Shown: in pieces, positions 1 to 6,117 of the stretch
How the letters are laid out: the number at the start of each line of letters is the position of its first letter
Numbering within the stretch: position 1 is the first letter of the stretch
Origin: an uncultured virus (IMG/VR IMGVR_UViG_3300050508_000301)
Lineage: Duplodnaviria > Heunggongvirae > Uroviricota > Caudoviricetes
IMG/VR virus record: IMGVR_UViG_3300050508_000301
Length of the DNA: 64,000 bases
Strand: one strand, 5' to 3'
Position numbers and translations under genes: made by a program
Notes under the pieces: generated by a model
What the model was told of the DNA's origin: nothing
The model's input: the letters and a program-made list of their open reading frames with translations, nothing else
The model's database searches: none

Positions 1-845
1 GCGAACTGCCAGGCTTCGGCGTCCATGCCTCCGGGCAGCCAGCTCGAGAGCTGCTCCCAAGTGAGACCCGACGCAGCGAGGAAGTTCATACCCCAGGTGC
101 GCAGCGCCTGTCGACGATCGCCCTCGGGGATGTCGTTCAGGACTCGCCGGTTCAGGTGAGCCGGGAGCGCATCTCGATCGAACCGGAAGTGACCGGGATC
201 AACCGTCCGCTGCTCGTCCTCGGCGTTCGAATCGATCGCCCACGCCTCGTTGCCTCGGTGGCGGACGTCGAGCAGGTACCGGTACAGGGTCGCCTGTTCG
301 GTGTTCTCGGGCTTGATATGGCACAGCTCGAGCACGTCGCCCATGCGAACGGCACGATCCTTGCTGTCCCACTTCATGGCGTTGTGCTCGATGTACAGCT
401 TGTGCACGGCATCGCCGAGACCGAGCTTCACGCCTCGAGGGATGCGCTTGCCGAAGCGCTGCATCCAGTGGGCGAGGAACTCACCCGGCTCGTCGGCACG
501 CCAGCAGGCATTCGCCACTGCCTCTCGGGTGCGGTGGCTCGGGAAGAACGACACGAACTCGACGGCGATCACGATGGCCGCAGCTCGGATCTTGTACTCC
601 CGACGGATGGTGCGGATCAGGTCGACCACCTCATCGGGGTGGGTCTTGCCTGCCTCCCGAGTGAGGAGGAGGATGCGCTGCATGCGCTCGTCGCCGGTCT
701 CGTAGAACGTGTCCTGGCCGATAAACGTACAGGCTGCGGTGAAAGCAAGGTTGACCAGTGCCGACGGAACAACTGCTTCGCCGCCTTCAAACGTGCGGGT
801 CCGCTCGGGACGGGACGTCCCGGTACCCTTGTTGAAGGTCGTCAT
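1..845 (-). CDS. TROVE-domain Ro60/Rsr-like RNA-binding protein (3' end outside window)
   Basis: Manual translation from ATG at 845 (GGAGG upstream), open to the window edge: MTTFNKG..TFEGGEA..GQDTFYE..RADEPGEFLAHW..GKRIPRGVKLGLGDAVHKLY..KWDS..RMGDVLELCH..TWEQLSSWLPGGMDAEAW; these motifs match actinobacterial TROVE proteins. Confidence 0.88.
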   Translation of the reverse strand, partial: MTTFNKGTGTSRPERTRTFEGGEAVVPSALVNLAFTAACTFIGQDTFYETGDERMQRILLLTREAGKTHPDEVVDLIRTIRREYKIRAAAIVIAVEFVSFFPSHRTREAVANACWRADEPGEFLAHWMQRFGKRIPRGVKLGLGDAVHKLYIEHNAMKWDSKDRAVRMGDVLELCHIKPENTEQATLYRYLLDVRHRGNEAWAIDSNAEDEQRTVDPGHFRFDRDALPAHLNRRVLNDIPEGDRRQALRTWGMNFLAASGLTWEQLSSWLPGGMDAEAWQF

Positions 846-889
846 GAGGGGAAATACCTCCGAGTGGTTGACTGCTCTTCGTCCTAACC

Positions 890-923
890 ACTCTATACTA
901 CGGTTTGCCCAGCTGTCAAGTAC
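890..923 (-). promoter_or_regulatory. sigma70-type promoter of the TROVE gene
   Basis: TTGACA-N18-TAGAGT; 901-923 is 22/23 identical to 3957-3979. Confidence 0.75.
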
Positions 924-1257
924 CGTCTTCCTGCCGGCAAGCAGACGCCTCCGGGAATGCCTCACACAGGATGGCTTTGATCCGAGGAACTTCGTTCACC
1001 GCCCGAGTGATCGCATCGTTCCGCTCCTGCTCCTCCGGCGAGTTGGCCTCCAGCTGCTCGACAAACTCTTCCAGGTGGCGGGTTGAACGCTTAATCTCGT
1101 CGACCGACTCTTCTAGGGTGTTCACCGAGTCGGTGAGATCTTCTGTGTTGTGACTGTTCCGTTGCGTCACCCAGGCGGCAGTGATCACCACAACCAGCAT
1201 GATCATTATCAGAAGCCCGAGCCACTTGATGTAAGCTTGTTTGACTTGAACCATCAC
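916..1257 (-). CDS. membrane-anchored coiled-coil protein
   Basis: N-terminal TM helix then heptad-like region; overlaps the stop of the upstream gene. Confidence 0.7.
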   Translation of the reverse strand: MMVQVKQAYIKWLGLLIMIMLVVVITAAWVTQRNSHNTEDLTDSVNTLEESVDEIKRSTRHLEEFVEQLEANSPEEQERNDAITRAVNEVPRIKAILCEAFPEASACRQEDGT

Positions 1258-1481
1258 GTCACCGCTTCCTCCTCCTCGGCCTTACCGGCATCTCCGTCCC
1301 TGCGCTTCATCATGTCAGCGCCGAACAACCAGCCCGCCACTCCGAGCATCAGAGGTGTTATGGTAGGGTTCTGCTTGTAGTGGGTGAAAACGTCACTGAG
1401 GAAGCTAATCGCCCAGATCGCAGTGATAACACTAGCAACAATCGGTGCTAGACGTTCCCGGGTCCATTCATTTACTGCCAT
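1254..1481 (-). CDS. small 2-TM membrane protein (holin-like)
   Basis: Two hydrophobic helices and a charged C-terminus. Confidence 0.6.
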   Translation of the reverse strand: MAVNEWTRERLAPIVASVITAIWAISFLSDVFTHYKQNPTITPLMLGVAGWLFGADMMKRRDGDAGKAEEEEAVT

Positions 1482-1575
1482 TTGGACGCCCGTCGTTTCC
1501 GAAAGGGAACGAGATCACTGCGGCGCCAAACCCTGTACCAAATGCTATGATTGCTATCACTAGCTCATGGACCAT
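1468..1575 (-). CDS. 35-aa membrane peptide, leaderless
   Basis: MVHELVIAIIAFGTGFGAAVISFPFGNDGRPNGSK; ATG 6 nt after TTGACG-N17-TAGACT (1582-1610). Confidence 0.55.
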   Translation of the reverse strand: MVHELVIAIIAFGTGFGAAVISFPFGNDGRPNGSK

Positions 1576-1623
1576 GGCCAGAGTCTACCACAGGAAACGG
1601 TAGCCGTCAAGCTTTAACTAGCC

Positions 1624-1992
1624 TTACCGCCCACGGTTCAGGATAATCTGCACCACGATGGGGGTCGCTACCGCCAGGATGCCCAACACAATTGCGTAGG
1701 CTGCTCGACGGCCTCGCTCCGCAATGGTGTCGTCCCGGAGCAGCCTGACGTCTTTCGATATGGCCTCGATCCTAGCCTCGAACACATCCACTCGAACGAA
1801 TTGAGAGCGGTCTTTGGTAACTTCATCACGCAATTCGTTCAGTGCGGCTAGACGACGGTCGATTTCTGACCTGGCCGCCGCCAAGGCGGTTTGGCTGGCT
1901 TCCCGCTCACTGACGTGCAGATGATTGTGTTCGACGATCAGTCGTTCAAAGTACTCTTGAAGACTGACAGTCTCCTGGTTCCGCCGAGCCAT
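1624..1992 (-). CDS. coiled-coil protein with C-terminal TM helix
   Basis: Start moved to MARRNQ, 6 nt after TTGACT-N16-TATACT (1999-2026). Confidence 0.7.
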   Translation of the reverse strand: MARRNQETVSLQEYFERLIVEHNHLHVSEREASQTALAAARSEIDRRLAALNELRDEVTKDRSQFVRVDVFEARIEAISKDVRLLRDDTIAERGRRAAYAIVLGILAVATPIVVQIILNRGR

Positions 1993-2033
1993 TGGCCTAG
2001 TATAGCAGCCGACCAGCACTAGTCAAAAGATGC

Positions 2034-2059
2034 AGTGGGGAGGATCCCGCCTCCCCACT
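2034..2059 (-). terminator. GC-rich hairpin, probable terminator of the RNA operon
   Basis: AGTGGGGAGG/CCTCCCCACT 10-bp stem with a short T tract downstream on the minus strand. Confidence 0.55.
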
Positions 2060-2126
2060 TCCTTACTTGGCAACGGGGATTCCGCATCCGAGGGTTTGAA
2101 GCTCGGCCGGCATTGCTTCCGCAGGT

Positions 2127-2375
2127 CTAGGCCCGGCTTCGGAGCCAGGTGGCGAACGGCGGATCGTAGGAGTCACCTATGTCCCGCAAATACCGTGCGT
2201 ATTCGCCTATAGTCAGGGCGTATGGGTCGGGCGGTAGCTCTTTGTGAGCTGCCATCCGGTCGTGGGTCAGTCGTCCGTAGACGTCCGGTCGATCAGCTCT
2301 GTTTGCGATTGGCTGGTAGTCTCTTGGTTGGTCTCCAGGCATGCGGCTCGCTGGATTTGCCTGCATGGTTCGCAT
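2127..2375 (-). CDS. hypothetical protein
   Basis: Protein-like ORF on the coding strand. Confidence 0.45.
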   Translation of the reverse strand: MRTMQANPASRMPGDQPRDYQPIANRADRPDVYGRLTHDRMAAHKELPPDPYALTIGEYARYLRDIGDSYDPPFATWLRSRA

Positions 2376-2589
2376 GGTGCCCCGTCGAGCGGCGAAACCC
2401 GAACCTATGACTCAGTTGCACTCGTGATGAGTGTACCCTCATCGTGCCTTCGCCATCGGTACCCACACAAGTCGCCATGTTGGGTACGGAGCTAGATGGG
2501 GAGCCTTCTACCTCCCCTGGACGCATCTTAACCAGGCCACGTCAGCCCGCTGGCAGTTTCATGCAGCTGCTGAGGCTACACCAGGGCCT

Positions 2590-2690
2590 CGTGGGGCAGG
2601 CAGGGATCGAACCTGCCGAGGTAGGTTGGCGACCCCGGTGGCCAACTCCAGAGCCGAGTCGACATTCCAACCATCTCCACCTAACACCCC
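2590..2690 (-). ncRNA. tRNA-like RNA (acceptor + T arm, non-canonical middle)
   Basis: GGGGTG..TGCCCC-A acceptor-like pairing; GGCAGG-TTCGATC-CCTGCC T arm; AGGTGG/CTACCT and GTTGGC/GCCAAC stems. Confidence 0.5.
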
Positions 2691-2691
2691 T

Positions 2692-2968
2692 TGGTGCCGG
2701 GACACCAGCGTCTCGCCTCCCGGCTTGGCCTCATCACATGGCTGGCTCACGCCTGCTCCGACTCCGTATAGGTCGCAGATGTATTTTCGTAACCGGGTTG
2801 GGTACCGGCCAGGGACGGAGAACACCGAATGTTTTGCGATGTGTGACGGGACTCCCACCCGCAACGCAGCCAAGCTAAGTGACTCCCTTCTGTTGGGGCA
2901 TGATGGGGGATCAGGCATGACAGGAAAGGGAGCGGAATCACCGCCCGGCTTGGCTCTGCATTTGGCCT
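2692..2968 (-). ncRNA. Ms1-like RNA (actinobacterial RNA-polymerase-binding sRNA), tentative
   Basis: Ordered motifs GCCAAG..CTTGGCTGCGTTGCGGG..CACACATCGC..TTCTCCGT..GAGTCGG..GGCCAAG + 3' hairpin, ~280 nt; resembles Ms1-family sequences from memory. Confidence 0.55.
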
Positions 2969-2983
2969 ACACACACTGCAAAT

Positions 2984-3056
2984 CGCTCGACTCCCCTCAG
3001 CGGCTGCGTATGCGCTTGTGCCGAGCATTACGTTTACGGTTGAGGGGAGTCGATCG
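2984..3056 (-). ncRNA. long hairpin RNA
   Basis: TCGACTCCCCTCA (2987-2999) pairs with TGAGGGGAGTCGA (3041-3053), and the helix extends further. Confidence 0.5.
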
Positions 3057-3060
3057 GGAT

Positions 3061-3199
3061 GATTCCTAGGTACTAAGCGGACGAGGTGACGTAAGTGCTC
3101 TGCCAACTGAGCTACAGCCCATTGGATGGGCTGACAGGACTTGAACCTGCGACCACTCGCTTAAGAGGCGAAGTAACCCCATTCCTGCGCAAAGGAATC
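3061..3199 (-). ncRNA. Y RNA unit A, YrlA-like (permuted tRNA-like domain)
   Basis: Closing stem GATTCCT/AGGAATC; conserved core; then CTCTTAA loop, T arm GCAGG-TTCAAGT-CCTGT, loop-closed acceptor CAGCCCA/TGGGCTG, D arm TAGCTCAGTTGGCAGAGC. Confidence 0.8.
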
Positions 3200-3212
3200 T
3201 ACCCTAGTATGT

Positions 3213-3375
3213 CGGGACCTAGGTACTAGTCGGACGAGGTGACCGGGCCGAAGCCCATTGCGGCTGGCGCTCTAAGCATCTGAGCTACGGCTCGACTAAG
3301 TCGAGACGACGGGTTGCTAATCCCACGACATCCAGCGCCCATGCGAAGTAACCCCGTTCCTACGCAAAGGTCCCG
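3213..3375 (-). ncRNA. Y RNA unit B (degenerate tRNA-like domain plus extra UUCG hairpin)
   Basis: Closing stem CGGGACCT/AGGTCCCG; conserved core; D-arm-like TAGCTCAGATGCTTAGAGC; CTCGAC/GTCGAG stem; GGGC-TTCG-GCCC. Confidence 0.72.
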
Positions 3376-3382
3376 TTAAACG

Positions 3383-3467
3383 GTGGATCCCAGGTACTGA
3401 TCGGACGAGGTGTTGTGCAGTCAACCAAAATGACGAAGTAACCCCGTATCCTACGCAAGGGACCCAT
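3383..3467 (-). ncRNA. Y RNA unit C (minimal: core plus small hairpin)
   Basis: Conserved core with only a GTCA/TGAC hairpin inside. Confidence 0.68.
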
Positions 3468-3475
3468 TAGAATGT

Positions 3476-3603
3476 TCTGGCCTAGGTACTGATCAGTCGA
3501 AGCTTGAGATTGCTTCCCGAATGCCAATCGGGACGCCCGGTTTCGAGGCGGACGTGGCGGATTCGAACCGTCGAAGTAGCTCCGATCTATCGCAAAGGCC
3601 AGA
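3476..3603 (-). ncRNA. Y RNA unit D (T-loop plus two hairpins)
   Basis: Closing stem TCTGGCCT/AGGCCAGA; core; CGG-TTCGAAT-CCG; TCCCGA-TTGGCAT-TCGGGA. Confidence 0.68.
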
Positions 3604-3607
3604 GAGT

Positions 3608-3730
3608 GGATCGGTCCGAGGTACTAAAGCGGCTGAGGCACTGGCGGCATTGCAACCGCCACAGAGGACTCGTAGATCCCCTTCGTCAACTGATGCGAAG
3701 TAGCCCCAATCCATCGCAACGGACCGATCC
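3608..3730 (-). ncRNA. Y RNA unit E (non-tRNA variable domain)
   Basis: 11-bp closing stem GGATCGGTCCG/CGGACCGATCC; core; TGGCGG/CCGCCA hairpin. Confidence 0.68.
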
Positions 3731-3754
3731 TGCGTATTCGGTTGTCAAAGAGCC

Positions 3755-3831
3755 TGGGTGCGGGGGTGGGATTCGAACCCACGACCTCCAGCTGATGAAG
3801 CTGACAAGCTACCTGACTGCTCCACCCCGCA
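3755..3831 (-). tRNA. tRNA-Met(CAT), fMet-like body, CCA encoded
   Basis: TGCGGGG TG GAGC AGTCAGGTA GCTT G TCAGC TTCATCA GCTGG AGGTC GTGGG TTCGAAT CCCAC CCCCGCA C CCA. Confidence 0.85.
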
Positions 3832-3945
3832 CGATTCAGTTGTAGCGACCGGGAAGGGGGAGCCGGGTCAACTCCCCCTCCCGGTTACCCGGCAGATGTG
3901 GTGCGACGGACGGAGGCGGGTGATCGTCCTCGCTACCACAACAAC

Positions 3946-3979
3946 AGCATAGCATGCGGTTTGCCCGGCTGTCAAGTAC
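3946..3979 (-). promoter_or_regulatory. sigma70-type promoter of the ncRNA operon
   Basis: TTGACA-N18-TATGCT with extended TG. Confidence 0.8.
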
Positions 3980-3982
3980 TGC

Positions 3983-4180
3983 CTACCACCGATTCGACGG
4001 CAGGCGTCGGAAATCCTCGTGAACCGAACATCGCTCAGTCGGATTGTACCGACTCAACCGGGTCTCGCACTCGTCATGCGAGCAGACACGGTCCGGCCCG
4101 AACTGCTTCGATGGCGCACTATTGGGCGCCACCAGGTTCTCGCCCTGGGTTGGTTGATCGCGTCGATGGGTTGGCATCAA
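3983..4180 (-). CDS. small Cys/His zinc-binding protein
   Basis: CSHDEC..RYNPTERCSVH. Confidence 0.6.
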   Translation of the reverse strand: MMPTHRRDQPTQGENLVAPNSAPSKQFGPDRVCSHDECETRLSRYNPTERCSVHEDFRRLPSNRW

Positions 4181-4410
4181 TTTTTCTCCGGATCACCTAG
4201 ATCCACGCTGACCCTGCCGACATTGAGAATAGTTCCGGGCATAGCGAAATCAGCACACATGCATCCTACACCATCCTCACTGTGAGCACAAGGCCACCAC
4301 GGGCCGCCCACAACCAGCCCGTTCGTTGCTGTCAGCTCGTCGGTCTCGGGATGCTCCGAGGACGGATGCCCACAATTACTGCACGCAGTATCCACCTGCA
4401 CATCAGTCAC
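4177..4410 (-). CDS. small Cys-rich hypothetical protein
   Basis: CSNCGH..CGCMC-like motif; translational coupling. Confidence 0.55.
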   Translation of the reverse strand: MTDVQVDTACSNCGHPSSEHPETDELTATNGLVVGGPWWPCAHSEDGVGCMCADFAMPGTILNVGRVSVDLGDPEKN

Positions 4411-4556
4411 GGCCGAACCTCCGCTCGAAGCGCCAAGCCGCTAGTTTGGACACCGCATGCCGGGGGCGGTACCACCGGTATGGGACCACCTCGTAAGTCC
4501 TACGGCCACAGAGCCGGCGACGACGGATCACAACAACCCGCTGTTCCGCCCAGATC

Positions 4557-5180
4557 CTAGCGGCCAGAGCTGCCGAATCCTGCTGTGCCTCTTTCGGAAG
4601 GTCCCAACTCATTAACTTCCACCATTCGATAGGAATCCGCTAACAATGGCAACGGCACCACCTGCGCTACCCGATCCTGTGGGGCCACAGTCACCCAGCC
4701 AGTACTCACATTACGAACATAGGCTCCGAGAGTACCCCGGAACCCAGCATCGATCACAGTCGGGTTGACCAGCAACCCCTTCTCGAAAGACGATGAACGG
4801 CCGATGATCAAACCCCACACTCCGGGCGGCCATTCGATCGCCACCTTGCTTGGGATCCACGCCACCTCGCCCGGCCGGATCTGCATGTCCTGGGTGCCAG
4901 TGTAGTACAGGTCGTAGCCTGCATCGCCAGGGTAGGCTCGAGTGGGCAGGGTAGCCAACGGATCGGTTCGCACCACCTTAGGCTCGTTCTGAGCTGCCTC
5001 AGCTTCGTAGATAGCTCGAGCCGCTGTGTACTTAAGATCCGGATCGCCGGGTTGAGAAACAGCCGATGCGCCCGTATTGGTCATTACTCGCAGACCGGGT
5101 GGTGCCTGGGACGGGTGAGCATTGGGACCATGCAGGCCCTCCAAGAACGACTCTCTGAACTCCCGCCAGCGCCTACCCAC
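4557..5180 (-). CDS. dut: trimeric dUTPase with N-terminal extension
   Basis: Five motifs: GDAGYDL, GRSS, VIDAGFRG, DRVAQ, RGTAGFGSSG. Confidence 0.93.
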   Translation of the reverse strand: MGRRWREFRESFLEGLHGPNAHPSQAPPGLRVMTNTGASAVSQPGDPDLKYTAARAIYEAEAAQNEPKVVRTDPLATLPTRAYPGDAGYDLYYTGTQDMQIRPGEVAWIPSKVAIEWPPGVWGLIIGRSSSFEKGLLVNPTVIDAGFRGTLGAYVRNVSTGWVTVAPQDRVAQVVPLPLLADSYRMVEVNELGPSERGTAGFGSSGR

Positions 5181-5427
5181 GCCGAGGCACCTCGGATTTC
5201 AGACCGTAAGCCTCACACGCTGGATTGCAATTCTCGCCCTGCAGGTGATGATGCACTACCTGCCACTTGCCAGTGGTGTGGTACGCCTTCTCACCTTTGC
5301 GGCGTGAATCGGTGAGCTGCCCTGAGCTAAGCACGTAGATATGTCCGCCGCAGTCCTCAGGATGGAACGGACCCAGTGTCCAGGGCTGCCAATATGGGTA
5401 GGCGGGATCGTACTCGACGTCCATCAT
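5173..5427 (-). CDS. hypothetical protein
   Basis: Coupled ORF within the operon. Confidence 0.55.
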   Translation of the reverse strand: MMDVEYDPAYPYWQPWTLGPFHPEDCGGHIYVLSSGQLTDSRRKGEKAYHTTGKWQVVHHHLQGENCNPACEAYGLKSEVPRRG

Positions 5428-5762
5428 AGGATCATCGATTGCAGGGCAATGGCCGGCAGACGCCTATGACAATCCTCGATGTGGTTCATCAGGATCGCCG
5501 CAAAGAGATGCGGGGTACCCTGCGACCATGCTCGTTTGGCTGCCCACACTACGAGCGGTGCAGGGATCCCGTAACGCTCATAAGCTCGGATAGCTCGATC
5601 GAAGAGCCGGCTATCGAGGGTCTGCAGCTCCAACAGCTCACTGACCACCTGCCCCGGCTCGTTCACCTTCCACCGGGGTTGGGCTTCGGGTTGACTTATG
5701 GCCAATTGCCGACCTCCTGGACCCGCTGGGCCATCATGGCATAAACCTCCAGATCCCGCCAC
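5424..5762 (-). CDS. hypothetical protein (true start probably downstream of 5696)
   Basis: Stop overlaps the start of the next gene. Confidence 0.45.
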   Translation of the reverse strand: MAGSGGLCHDGPAGPGGRQLAISQPEAQPRWKVNEPGQVVSELLELQTLDSRLFDRAIRAYERYGIPAPLVVWAAKRAWSQGTPHLFAAILMNHIEDCHRRLPAIALQSMIL

Positions 5763-6109
5763 GAGTCAGTTGGTGCCGGACGCCCCTCCTTGAATGACGA
5801 CAGCACCCGGGACAGCTTGCCGAGTGCGTAGAAAGCGATGGCTGCTTGGGTGCCGTCCTCAGGGCTAATTCCTGGGAACATCTCGTGCATGGCGCCCGCC
5901 ATGATCCGCAGATCGGTCGAGCCGTACTCGAACGCCTTAGCATCCGCCAACTCTCGCAACTCCAGCTGGTGCTGATCCATCCACTGGAACAGCTCGGGCA
6001 GCTTCGGGGTGTAAATATGCAAATTCGGGAAAGGGGTGCTCTTCGGCCCCTTCTCGACCACTGCTTCGACCTGGTCCTTCACGATGTCCTCATTGGGGGT
6101 AACAGCCAC
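5696..6109 (-). CDS. nucleotide-modification-associated all-alpha protein (DUF1599/dNTP pyrophosphohydrolase-like)
   Basis: KxxEYG..KLSR..DSWRDLEVYA pattern; adjacent to purZ. Confidence 0.65.
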   Translation of the reverse strand: MAVTPNEDIVKDQVEAVVEKGPKSTPFPNLHIYTPKLPELFQWMDQHQLELRELADAKAFEYGSTDLRIMAGAMHEMFPGISPEDGTQAAIAFYALGKLSRVLSSFKEGRPAPTDSWRDLEVYAMMAQRVQEVGNWP

Positions 6110-6117
6110 ACATCCTC

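Noticed and set aside
156..887. 243-aa plus-strand ORF and other long plus-strand ORFs (e.g. 14003-15001, 33681-34418, 37645-38382, 57195-57941)
   Set aside because: Antisense shadows of real minus-strand genes in high-GC DNA
2062..2125. tRNA-Sec-like CTTCAAA hairpin ending in GCCA
   Set aside because: The loop is too large and there is no T arm or matching acceptor stem
2590..3060. tmRNA
   Set aside because: A 3' T arm is present, but there is no matching distal 5' end with the G3-U70 alanine identity and no tag reading frame
3085..3175. Functional tRNA-Lys(CTT)
   Set aside because: The arms are in permuted order and the acceptor stem is closed by a loop, as in YrlA-type RNAs
3061..3730. 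CRISPR array
   Set aside because: The repeats are bipartite and degenerate, the inserts are structured and vary widely in length, and there is no cas operon; the Cas4-like nuclease at 35.4 kb is a common phage exonuclease
2431..3952. ORFs overlapping the RNA operon
   Set aside because: No motifs or start signals, and they overlap tRNA and structured repeats
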